The translations under genes were made by a program, and so were the position numbers. Below are positions 24,811 through 35,987 of a DNA stretch of 64,000 bases, piece by piece. This DNA is from Haplodiscus bocki (Eukaryota): assembly GCA_965655095.1 (NCBI GenBank), contig OZ296648.1, positions 151,838,001 through 151,902,000 of the forward strand, given 5' to 3'. The notes below the pieces were generated by a model. It did no database searches. It was given only the letters and a program-made list of their open reading frames with translations, and was not told the DNA's origin. The first letter of the stretch is position 1. Each line of letters starts with the position of its first letter.

Positions 24811-27633
24811 TCAAGATGCACCTGCAACTTCCAGAAGTTGCTGGCTGGGGGCTGATTTATTAGCAATACATTTATAAAAATCAGCCACTGATAAACATTT
24901 TGTTTCAGACTTCACTGAACAGCTCTCACTTTCGGCGAAAATGTAAAACTGAGCATTGCAAATTTCAGCTTCAGAAGCGTCTGTCAAGTTACCATCATAT
25001 GCAATGATGTACCTTTCAAGAGCACATGAGACGTCTTTTGAAAGGTGAGGCGATAACGCAAAACAACAACCTGACAAGAAACTGGGCAATGTCACACCAT
25101 TTTTTTGACTGTTATTGCTGACATTATTAATTTCAATTGAGCTAGTTGAAGGCTCATCATCAGCAATGCCGTAGTCTGCGACAACTTTTCTGCTTTGAAT
25201 CTGTGTAGAATAAGTGTGATTTTGCCTCGAATGATAGTAGACAAGTGTTTTAACATTTTTGGATATGAAATGCTTCTTCAAAAGTCTTTCCGCACAATAC
25301 CAGTTGAAGGTCTTCATGGAATGCCCCAAACGAGGGGAGTGAATAACAGAGGTATACCCGGCGGCCCTCTGCTTCTTGCAGAACTGGGCAATTACCTCAA
25401 AAGCAGAGTCCAGAACTGTAACATCTATATCTCCAATAACCCCTTTGTTTGACCGTTTCTGTGCTACAATCAGGGCAACGTATCTTCCTACTTTATCACC
25501 TGACTGTGTGTCGTCTTCTTTGATGGGCACAACATGCACATCTCCAAATGTCAGGTCTTTCATGTCGGATGCCAGCTTATACCTCAATGACACGTCAGCA
25601 GACAATTTATTCAAAGCAGAGAATACTCCACCTTCGCCCCACTGACCAGTATTGTCCACACAATGAATAATTATAGCTTGCTCTTGATTTCCATGAGAAA
25701 TAGGTTTAGTAACATCTCCTGCAACGTAGTTGAGAGTCAAACACTCGCCATCTTCTTCCTGTGACGTCATCAAATCAGGCTCTTCATTTGACGCAAAGAG
25801 ACTAGTTGAGTCGCCCATAATTAGTTTCAAGCTTTCGTACTCGTTTTCTGCCCATAGTTTTTCCAGGCGTAACCTTCGAGCTTCTTGGCGCTTCAGAGCA
25901 TTTTCAGCATCTAGTTTTGCTTTCTTGGCAAGAATTTCATCAATTTCTTCTTGAGAAGTGATTCTTTTGCTAGTTTTTACTCTAGGTCCCAGCACCTGGT
26001 TAGAATTGGATTGAGATTCAACCACTTTCTGTTCCTGCACTTCTTCGACTAACTTCTGCACTGCCTTATCAGAAAGCTTCATTCTATTTTTATAGTTTTC
26101 GCCTTCAAAGTCATACATATCTTGCGCTGAAGCGACTCCGTTTTTACTATTTTTGACAGCAGAAGTTTCATTCATTTTTACCGTCTTCACGGCCCATTCC
26201 CCACTTTCATCTGTGGCGCCCAAAACATCTTCTAAAACCACGTCCAGATCATCAGTATTGTCTACGTCACTCAAAATCTTCTCCAGCCCAAACTTGACAG
26301 CTTCACCCATTTTTTCAACATCAGCGTTCGCAGCAGTATATGAGGGATTGTCTTCAAGACCTCGCAAATCCCCGGTATCCAAGATGCTGCACGAAAGTTG
26401 TAGCTTCTTCGTAGCCCGATCAATAATGATTTCCTCAATTGAATCTTTACAAACTAATCGAATAATTTTGACTGGCTTGGTTTGACCAATTCTGTGAGAT
26501 CTCGCTGCTGCCTGAATGTCATTTTGAGGGTTGAAATCACAGTCCATGAAAATTACAGTATCCGCACTGGTTAAAGTGATTCCTTGACCTCCTGCTTTGG
26601 TACTCAGCAGAAAAACGAAAGTTGATTCTTTAGAGTTGAAGTTTTTGATAGATAGAAATCGCTCTTGGCTTCGACATGAGCCGTCAAGGCGTTCGTAAGC
26701 GAAACATCTGTACTCTAAGTAGTCCTGCATTATGTCCAACATAGATGTGAATTGTGAAAATACCAAAACTTTGTGCTTTTTTTCCTTGAGGAAATCCAAC
26801 ATTTGGTCCAGAAGCGTCAATTTCTGGCTAGTATGGATCAAATGGTCACCAGCCTGGAATGGTTCCGGTTCTATACCCTGGAATAAATAAGGATGCAAAC
26901 AGCACTTTCTGAGTTGGCATAAGATATTATTCAGAGATGACTTTTTTGGCATCCCTTGCGAAGCCAAGGTACTTAGAAGTTCCGAATCCTTCAACAATAT
27001 CGTCTTGTATAACTTTTTCTGAAGAGCCGTCAAACCATGGAAGATAATAAGTTCAGATTTTGGCGGTAAATTAATATTAACATCTTTTTTTGTTCTTCGC
27101 AACACATAGTTTTTCAAAATTTTTGTGAGTCCTTCAGTTGGCGTGCCATTTCTTTCAGCTGAATGCTTCGCAACGAACGATTCCAAGTTTTTCAAGGGGA
27201 AACTTCTATTGTCTACCAGAGCAAGAAGACTATACAATTCACGCAGGTTATTTTGAATAGGAGTTCCCGTCATCAACACTATATGAGCAAATGTGAGATC
27301 CTTTATCAAAATTTCATACAGCATACTCTCAGAGTTCTTCACACGATGCGCTTCGTCTATCACGATGACATCCCAGCTGAAATCTGCAAACTCTACATCG
27401 TTCAAGACAGTCTCATAATTAGATGCCACTAAGCGTGAAGCTGAGGTGACACGTTTCAGAGAATTGTAAAGACGGGTGCGCTCATCTTTTGATCCCCGAA
27501 GAATCGTCACACAGTCAGAGAAAACTTCAATCAATTTTGTCTCCGATGACCATGTATCCAAAACTGACAAGGGACAAAGTATGAGAACATTAATCCTTTT
27601 CTTCTCCAACAATTTTTCCAGAAATGATAGGAC
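24811..27633 (-). CDS. CHD1L: CHD1L/ALC1 chromatin remodeller, exon 2 (SNF2 ATPase remainder, macro domain, BRCT-like tail)
   Basis: Acceptor ttttcttgacag|GTC at 27633; DEAH, TGTPIQNNL, LLSTKAGGQG and QAAARSHRIGQ motifs; macro domain YVAGDVT..HCVDNTGQWGEGGVFSAL..WYCAERLL. Confidence 0.93.
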   Translation of the reverse strand, partial: VLSFLEKLLEKKRINVLILCPLSVLDTWSSETKLIEVFSDCVTILRGSKDERTRLYNSLKRVTSASRLVASNYETVLNDVEFADFSWDVIVIDEAHRVKNSESMLYEILIKDLTFAHIVLMTGTPIQNNLRELYSLLALVDNRSFPLKNLESFVAKHSAERNGTPTEGLTKILKNYVLRRTKKDVNINLPPKSELIIFHGLTALQKKLYKTILLKDSELLSTLASQGMPKKSSLNNILCQLRKCCLHPYLFQGIEPEPFQAGDHLIHTSQKLTLLDQMLDFLKEKKHKVLVFSQFTSMLDIMQDYLEYRCFAYERLDGSCRSQERFLSIKNFNSKESTFVFLLSTKAGGQGITLTSADTVIFMDCDFNPQNDIQAAARSHRIGQTKPVKIIRLVCKDSIEEIIIDRATKKLQLSCSILDTGDLRGLEDNPSYTAANADVEKMGEAVKFGLEKILSDVDNTDDLDVVLEDVLGATDESGEWAVKTVKMNETSAVKNSKNGVASAQDMYDFEGENYKNRMKLSDKAVQKLVEEVQEQKVVESQSNSNQVLGPRVKTSKRITSQEEIDEILAKKAKLDAENALKRQEARRLRLEKLWAENEYESLKLIMGDSTSLFASNEEPDLMTSQEEDGECLTLNYVAGDVTKPISHGNQEQAIIIHCVDNTGQWGEGGVFSALNKLSADVSLRYKLASDMKDLTFGDVHVVPIKEDDTQSGDKVGRYVALIVAQKRSNKGVIGDIDVTVLDSAFEVIAQFCKKQRAAGYTSVIHSPRLGHSMKTFNWYCAERLLKKHFISKNVKTLVYYHSRQNHTYSTQIQSRKVVADYGIADDEPSTSSIEINNVSNNSQKNGVTLPSFLSGCCFALSPHLSKDVSCALERYIIAYDGNLTDASEAEICNAQFYIFAESESCSVKSETKCLSVADFYKCIANKSAPSQQLLEVAGAS

Positions 27634-28699
27634 CTGTCAAGAAAAAACAGAGTCATCGGCGGTTTTTTTAGGAGGTCTCTACTTTGAAAGCACAAGGTGA
27701 AATAATGAAAAAAAATGATTGCTCAGCTTGAACCCAGCCACCCATGGGCCTTCGGGCAGGACGGGACTTCGGGAACGTTTTTTAAATTAGCTTCTCCCGT
27801 TCAGCACTTAGGTGATTTAACACTATGTCATGTCAATGACATTCTTGACCTGAACTTTGAAAGTATTTGAGAAGCCTGAGAGAGATACCTTATTAGAAAA
27901 CATAAAAACATGTTCATATCATATTTTGCTCGGTGTTGATAACTTAATCACTTTTCCCTAAGTTACCACAGTCACCGGTAGTAAGTTTCAATTGTCTATT
28001 TGGTAACCACGATACAATTTCAAAGCATTACCGCTCGAGTCATGATATGGTGGCAATTCAGTCGGATCGATTATCAGTGGCGTAAAAACGAATTCAAGCA
28101 TCGGAGTCAACAAAAGAATGCGGTGAATTCGAAGATGGCAATTTGATCTTACGAGATCTACCGTGTAAGAGGAGCGCCGAGACTGACTCATCGTCAAGTT
28201 TGGAAAACATCAGTATCCTGTATTTTTCAGGTATCAGCTGGTAGACATTAGTTGCTTAATGAGCTTTATTCGATGACCCCCACGTTGCGCCGCTACTCTG
28301 TAGAAAGATGGTCAGGCAAAGTAGCAGCAATCGACATATTGTTTGGGAGGACCAAAGATTGGCACTTATTGCCCAACTTTTTTCAAAATTTGTTCGAAAC
28401 AGTGCATCATTACTAGAAAGTACAAAAAAAAACAAACAAGTGGCTGGAGAAGAAACAGTTAGTCCAAATCTTCGATAATTCAAACAATTTCTGTGCTGGG
28501 GGTTGAACATTAGTATTGTAAACCTCTTCTACTGAACCAGGTCAGTTTTTGTTCAGCCCCTTCATTATTTCTGAAAACGAAAATAAAGTAACAAAGGAAG
28601 AAATAAATACAACGTACAGAAAGTCCAACGTTAAAAAAACTATTGCTGCAATATTTAACATCTCAAGTACAGTTTCTCAGGAAAGTTCGTTTCATTTCT

Positions 28700-29240
28700 G
28701 AATCCATGAAGGGAGCAGTTGCAACAAATACTCCAATGATCGCAACTCATCACTGCAGTTTCGTGACTTCATCCTTATGAACACCACAATAAAAACAGCT
28801 GAGCGACAAACGCCACCTCCTGTTTGAAAAATGTCCACCTGTACTACGTCTCAAGTCGAGAAAAAGCTTCTTAAATGAACCCAAATCACTGCAAATAACG
28901 AAGCAAGCATTTCGCCTTAAAAAGTGGAAACTGACATCAGATCTCAAAGGCGAATTAATTAAAACAAGTGAAACCAAAACTATTGGGACGGACTGGAAAT
29001 GGAACGAATGGAAGACGCTGAATCGCCTCAGAGCTGGTGCCGGAAGGTTTAGGAAGACACTACATCAGATGGGATGTTACATCGACATAAAATACCCTAC
29101 CTGTTTTGAAGTGGAAGACATGAGCCATTTCTATACGTGCCCGAGACACAAAACGGTCAAAGAAATATGGGAAGAAGATTTAGCGAAGTACATGGCAACA
29201 TCTCTGGCAAAACGCGTTTGATTGTAAACGAAGAAAAAGA
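28700..29240 (+). mobile_element. Non-LTR retrotransposon 3' fragment (RTE-X/L2-like C-terminus)
   Basis: RLKSRKSFL and WKTLNRLRAGAGR..CFEVEDMSHFYTCP (decayed CCHC C-terminal domain). Confidence 0.55.
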
Positions 29241-29660
29241 ATACTAAACGAGGAGGCCCGTCGATTCCCGTTTTGATATTAAGCTCATTAGATACATCCT
29301 AGTGGAACAATTGTGTTTAAATCCATGTTTATTGATGAACATATCACCTCTTCTGCCTTTACATGAACGGCATCTTGGCGTTAACTATCTGGAAACGAAA
29401 TATCAGAAAAACCAAAGTTCTTTCAGAGGATTCGAAACAGCGTCCGATGAAGAATAACAGTGGTCACCAATGTTTCATTCGTGGAGCACCTTGTCGCTTT
29501 AGATTTTATTAGTTTAGAGGCACGAATCTCAGAACCTTGATCAGAAACCTGTCATTCCAGGAAAGCGATGCTTACAAAAAAAACAATAGTGTGGAACGTA
29601 GTGAAAAATAGAAGACAATAGTGATCGTCAGAATGGGGGAGCGTCAACAAAATTGCCAAT

Positions 29661-29818
29661 TCTCGAGCACATAAAGCTCAATTGATAGAGCAAGCGACTC
29701 CAGCGAGGAAGGTCCCAGGTTCGAGCCTACGCCACTCCCTCATTGGTCAAAATCGAGCAAATTGTGTCAGTTGTCAAGGAATCGGAAAAAACTTGAGGAC
29801 TGTGCTATAACAAGTGTA
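29661..29818 (-). mobile_element. HINE-like element, copy 4 (partial), best-preserved tRNA-like core
   Basis: agctcaattgatagagc..gactccagc..ggttcgagcc (A-box/B-box-like, + strand) followed by the family tail ..tgtgctataacaagtgt. Confidence 0.5.
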
Positions 29819-30121
29819 ATAATGAAGACTACATCACTGTAGATTATGATACAAACACCTTCGATGATTTCTGCTGCTTAGTATACTCAGCTATAGCATG
29901 AAAGTGCAATCTAAAACATCCTTTTGTTAGTACATTTTGAACGGAAATAAAACAACGGTGCAATCTGGCTCGATCATCTGAAGACCGCTTCTGTTGATAT
30001 TCTTTCTAAATCCATTCAGAATTTTAGTTGTTGGCCTTCATCCAGATTTCCGATTTCAGAGTTTCGGATCGAAAATGAAAGGAGGGGCAAAATCCGAGAA
30101 TTGATACGAGTGGGAAAACTA

Positions 30122-30332
30122 ACAAGACGCCCGGCTACCACCAGCATATTTTCTGCCTTACCATTTTGGTAAATACGCCTCTTTAAAATATTAAAGCGTT
30201 TTTTTTTTTTCAAAAAACTCTGCTTCTTGATCATATTTTCCATGTTTTCCACCTTTGAAAAATTTCCGATTTCCAGCCAAAAAACCTCACAATTAAGGTG
30301 GAAAAGACATCTTTAGGAAAAAAACATCATTT
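30122..30332 (-). mobile_element. Helitron-like non-autonomous element, left part, interrupted by the LTR element (continues 42196-42478)
   Basis: acaagacgcccggctaccaccagc is the reverse complement of a hairpin + CTTG|T end like those at 21691-21714 and 61302. Confidence 0.5.
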
Positions 30333-30757
30333 TGTGAGGTCATGGCTCGGAGCGGTTGGCAAGGCAGATTTTTATACAATTCAGTAGTCATTTGATGTGA
30401 GTTCGGTTTTAAAATTTTGGTTTGAAATAAGATGCAACCGTGGATAACAAGAGTTTTCTCTAGGACGTTAACTCAAAGAAAAGAGATTGTTGGAGATTAA
30501 AGTAGTTTTACTATATAAAGGCGAAAAGAGCGCTGAACATATCTTTAATATTGAAGGCATAAGTGGAATGCACACGAAGTACCACTAGACTGGTTACTAA
30601 GTTAGTTATGCGGCTTGTTTCGTCTCAGAAATAATGCCTATAAGCTTTGATTCTCTGGTGATCTGGCTTGCTCTCATTGGCCCGTGACTGTGATTGGTCC
30701 AAGTGTTCTTTGGAATAGGTCGTTCATCTGATGCCGTTTCTTTGAGATATCATGACA
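30333..30757 (-). repeat. 3' LTR
   Basis: tgtga(g)gtcatgg...atcatgaca; homologous to 41754-42190; preceded on the minus strand by PPT-like gtgggtag (30758-30765). Confidence 0.9.
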
Positions 30758-30899
30758 CTACCCACAAAAAGTGGAGCTACGGTGAGAAAAAAGGAATGAG
30801 GAGAGAAGGAAGATCCAGAATCCAGAGCGTGAAACAAGTGAATGATGAACCAAATGAACACTGGGGGAGACCACACAGGAGTCCAGAAAACGAATTACA

Positions 30900-32745
30900 T
30901 AGTACATAATGAGAAAAAGGAAAAGGAGCCTCGATTTGAAAACATGCTTGAGAAAAGAAGGACAGGAGGAAAAGAAGAGGGAGGGAGCTGAGCTTAAAGA
31001 GGAGAGGTGGCAAAAGCAAAGATGTAGTATGAGAGGCGGATGTCAATATTGAGAACCAAACCGGAGGTGTGCGAGAGTAAACGGTTGAAGGGATGCAAAT
31101 GAAACGAGGTCGGTAAAGTGGGACCTAAAGAGGGGCTGACTCAAAAGGGCGAGCCGAGAGTCAACACAAAACTGACATTGTCCGTGACCAAGGGGTCTAA
31201 AGTGGAAAAACGAAAGAGAAAGAGGAGGGAGGCATGTGACCAAAAGCAACATTCGAGTGGCTGAGAACGAGGAAAACGTTAGGCGAACGCTAATTAAAAG
31301 TTATAATTCCTGCGCAGGGGGTTGTTGAAAAGGGCGCATAGCGGAACGTGGAACTAGAATACTACGGTGGTTTCAGGGGCAAAAAGAGTCAATTTGAAAA
31401 TATGGGAAGGACTCGTCATCAACAGACATCACAGCGTGAAGGCGAATTTTAACTTGAAGTTTTTTAGATTTACGAGAAAAGGGCAAGAACTTATGAAGAT
31501 TTTATATCTATTAAAATTAAATATATCACAAAAACATGTAAAATCATTGAGATAACAAAACTACAGAAACGCATGACATAGGTGGTTTTGAGAGCTGAAC
31601 ACGGCAGCGGAACAGCTTCATAAATGGTCATGACAATTGTGCGTGAGGCCAAAGAAGTGTCAGCAGAAATTCAAGAAGCGTGAAAACATCTTGAAGGAGT
31701 TGGGCTTCGTAATATGAGAGAAAGTTATCGAAAAGGATCGCAAGAGTAAGGCGATCAGTGGCATAAAATTGTATATGCGCAACTTGTTCAAAAACTTGAT
31801 GGAATGAAGCTGAATTGAGAAAAGACATGCGAACGTAGTTACGGAGACGAGCAGGAATGCTGTTGAGCATATTAATATGGTAAGCAAAAAATGCTGCTCA
31901 AAAGGATTTCAGGTTGGCGTAAATGAGTGACAAAAGGGAAGAAACAGTATCGAAGTTGAAGTTTATTTGTTGGCGAGAAAAAAGCGACTGATCACAATTA
32001 CGCACAACATAAATATTGTCGCAAAGAGTTTCTAATTGATCTGCAAAATTACGTCAACTAGCCTTGTGAAGTTCTTGCATTCGTTGTTGTAGGCCTCGAA
32101 GAGAACGAAGTTCGTCACTAGCTATGAAAAAACATCTTGTTTCAGTTGCAACATTTTGAACGGCATCAAAATATCAGAGTTCATCCCGAAGAGAAGGGAG
32201 ATAGCATCTGCGTTATCATCGGCTCGGCAACTGCCAAAGATACCAGCAAGGCCACAAGAATTGGAGCGATATTTCCGGTGCCGAAAAGGTCAAGGGCACC
32301 AGCAGCAACGGCAGCCAAGGGAAGAGCATGGCGGGGATGAACAAAAATGAAAAGAACCTTAGGTTGAACAAGTAAAAAACGTTTCTCGTCTAAGTCGGTC
32401 AAGATCATGTTCCGCAGAGACAATTTCAGATTTGACTTCGTTAACCATCCGAAAGACCTTGAATCCGGCCATTGGTGAGATTGAGATAACAGAAAGAATT
32501 GGGCATTGTCCACATGGTGTCCAAGACTTCAGTGATATACTCAAGTTCAGATTTAGTCGATACTTCAACCATCGGAAAAAGTAAGAGAAACTGGACATCA
32601 ATAAAATTCTCAGCCAAAAGAATCTTTTTGGTCTAATGAAACATGAAGCCTTTTTTTGAGGTGAAAATTTGACGCATCATACGAAGAGATGAGCTTTTAC
32701 AAAGGTATCCGAAAAGGTAAAAGAATAGAAACAAAAACACCAAGC
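30900..32745 (-). pseudogene. env: env-like glycoprotein (class I fusion, F-type), frameshifted
   Basis: Hydrophobic N-terminus MLGVFVSILL (~32740); cleavage site and fusion peptide HPRH|ALPLAAVAAGALDLFGTG (~32340-32275); heptad region; hydrophobic TM-like segment near 31000; located immediately before PPT/3' LTR. Confidence 0.65.
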
Positions 32746-33644
32746 ATTCCAATGCTACAATGGTGCTACAATGGTTTCTCATTCATAAAATGATATTCAG
32801 AATATGAAATTCGGAGGGAAGAAATAACGAAAGTCGCAGGTTTCGAAGCTATTCAGGGCTCAAATGAGAGAGTGAATGGCACAAATAAGTCGAGGCGTGA
32901 TTGTTGGGTCAATAAAAGAATTATTGAAGAATCACACCATTCTGGAAAGTGTTTATTATTGTTCGAAAGCTATTTGTTTTAGTTGTGCTTAAGCTAAATG
33001 TTATAGTTGCTTCGTGCAAACAAGCGACAAGTTCATCATACTACAAGTACTAGACTGTTGGGAAACCAAGTGAGTCCAATTGAAAAGAGTTCCTGAGCGT
33101 TTCAGAGTCTTGTTTACTGCAAAAAAAAGGAAAAAGAAGACAGCCGAAGGAAAAGAGGAAAAACAGGAAGAAGAAAAGAATGGGCAGCCATACGTCTCCT
33201 TCAAGCCCGAAAGAGATCCTGCTTAACCTCTTTGGCCATCGAAGGAGGCAAGAGACCCTTACGGTTCGATAGTAGCTACAGAAGTCATTACAGTAGCAAA
33301 AGTCGTTATGTATCCGGCAATGTTCACAGTCCAATATTACAGAAAGAAGAAACATACAGTAGTAGAGTAGAAAGACGTAGAAGACCAAGACTCAGATCTA
33401 AAGACATATTCTCCTGAGTGCGTTAAAGCTGATGAGCCTGGTTTAGCGTGTTGTCGTAGTTATGTATATCATGTAGTTATGTAAAACTTTAAAAGTCCAG
33501 GTAACTGATAGTTAACTCGTTGTAGTGTAGAAAAAACAAAAACATGCAAAAAAATAGCTAGCAGAAAAGCTTTTTACGTGAAGATCGAAAAAGTGTAGAG
33601 CAGTGTGCCATATGTCAAATGTTGCATTACGTGTGCTATTTCAG

Positions 33645-34855
33645 ATTTCGAAATCATGGATAAAGTCTTGCGAGAAGCCAGTGAAAAGTATCTGCGAGAA
33701 AGGTACATCAATAGGGGGACCTGAAAAATTCAGAGAAAGTAAAAACCTAAAAGTTTTGTCAGAATCTGTCGCTGGTGGTTGACGTATTGATGTACAAAGG
33801 AAGACTAGCAGGACCCAAAGTAGTACCAACACCTGAGCAAGTTTTTGATCTTGTGTGGTGCTCACGTGGGAGTGACAGGGAAGCACTCGAAAGATGTACA
33901 GGAGCAGGTTGGGGGTGCTTAGCAAGACTGGGATGTCGTATCCATGAGCCTGGGCGGTTTGGAAGCCTTAGTCAGAGAGTAAGTCATATCGAATGATATA
34001 AAGTAATAGAAGGGATATTCCAATGAAAAATAATTAAACATACATGCAACAGAGTCATATGTTCTTTCAGATACATGAGGAACCGTCAAATCTGGTATTT
34101 CAAGGACGTAGCAGGGAAAAAACAACCTTATGTACATGGGACAACGATGAAGCGCCAGGAGCTGTGCCAGAGGTTCGACTATCCTTGCTACTGGGAAGTG
34201 ACGTTGACAAATCAGTCTCGACGCTGGTGTGCTCGAGAGCCAAAGAAGAAGCCTGCTGTGGTAAAACTATCTGAAGTAGGAGGTGAAAGCTGGCTTTCGA
34301 GCACTTATTATCTCCTAGTGGGACAAAAAACAGGTAAAACTTGACAAGAAAGGAAAAAACAAAAGTAGCAAGAAAGCATAAGACAAAAATGAATGATGTT
34401 GCATAGACAAAGTTTCGGATGCATCAAAGAACAAGAGGTTGCGTGAAGCAACAGCAGAAGTGATGCCGACGGCTGAGTTCGAAGAGTTCTGTCGCAAGGA
34501 GATGGGGAGTGCACCGAATGACTTCATCATCCGGGAGTACACCCGTACAACAGCAGCAGTGACTGGGAAGAGGGTTAATAAAATGTCCATAGGATAAAGC
34601 ACAAATTTAGAAGAGCGACTGGAAAAACTCTGAAAAGCTATTTAATTGCAGATTTTTGAGACAGCATGCATACTGGGAGCCAACATCTTTAAGTACTGGC
34701 AGTACTGGAACGGTGGAGGTAGGGTGCGATATCGGCACGCAGCTACCAAAAGTGGGCGGGGAAGCACTTTCCTGTGTCATGAGATGTAAGGAGGCCTCAC
34801 CAAAAACAGATCGTTCCATTGCGAGCCCATACCGGACGTTCCAGAGATTGAGTTA
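33645..34855 (+). pseudogene. Spliced antisense accessory gene inside the Gypsy element (exons 33645-33978, 34071-34333, 34407-34573, 34652-~34855)
   Basis: GT-AG introns 33979-34070 and 34334-34406 join exons in frame (GLEALVRE|YMRNR.., GQKT|DKVSD..); further candidate introns 33501-33644 and 34574-34651; first exon resembles an integrase zinc-binding N-terminal domain. Confidence 0.55.
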
Positions 34856-35987
34856 GTCGAAGATGTCAGAAAAATGAACTGCACGATAAAAGACATTAAG
34901 AGGGACGTTTTATTAGGAGTGCACCACCAATGTCCAAAAGATCCTCACTGCACCCTCTGATGAAGCAGAAGAACGAGAAGAGGCGCCAGGACCAAGTACA
35001 GCCAGTCTCTCAGAGTTAGTGTGAAGAAGAAAAGTTTAAATTGTAAGATATCGGAAAAGCAACTGTTTCGTAACCAAAAATAGGTAAAAAAAAACCGAAG
35101 TCTTCATAGGTGGAAAAGGATTTTAAAAAAAGCGCATAGGGCATCATAGGTCACGCTTGAACTCGTTGAGACGCCATCAGAAACGAAAAAGTGGCAAGAA
35201 ATAGACTTTCGGCTAAAAAAAAGCGATTTCAGGAGAGGCTCCAATATGTCCCGCAGAAAGCAGTATGTTGATAATGGCATGAACCGACAGCTATATGCCT
35301 ACAAACAATAAACCACGCCATTTCGGTGGTGCAAACGAAACTCCGACAAACTCATAGGAATTCAGGAGCCTATGAGAGGTATGGAGGTTGAGGACCAAAA
35401 AACGGAAAAATGAAAAAAAATTGAAGCAGGGTAAATGAAGATATGGGTAGCAACGGAAGGAAGGAAGAATGCCAGAGAAACGCCTACAAGGCGCAGAAAG
35501 TGCAAAAAAAGGATTGATGACTGAAATTCGCAAAAAACACCAGAAGAGGCATGAAAAAATAGAAGAAAAAGAGGCAAAAGCGAATTTTCCCACGTTTTAG
35601 AATGAAGAAATGAGGCTTCACGAAGTTTCTGACGTAGACCTAGACGACAGGAGCTGGAATGAGTACCAGTGGTAGGCGGTGGAGCCATCGGTAAGTGCAT
35701 GTTTTCATCATACCAGAAGGAGATGCACGAACGGCATCTGCAACAATATAGGGAGCCAGCATGGTGGGGGTGGTCAGGCTCAAGGCACAAATTCGAGGCC
35801 TCTACAGGTGCAGAAGAGTTGAGAGAAACATAGCTTGACGCAAGAAGGTGTGGTAAACACGTTTGAGCCCCTCAAAGGTAGAAATCTAAGTGAAGGCGAC
35901 GGAACGCAAAAAGCTGTCAAAAAAGGAGGAAAGGAAGTTACTGGGTGGGTAGGGGTGAGCCTAGAAAGGGAAGAAGGCGTACAAGGC

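Noticed and set aside
29673-29740. Functional tRNA-Trp(CCA) gene
   Set aside because: Acceptor and anticodon stems do not pair, and it is part of a four-copy dispersed repeat.
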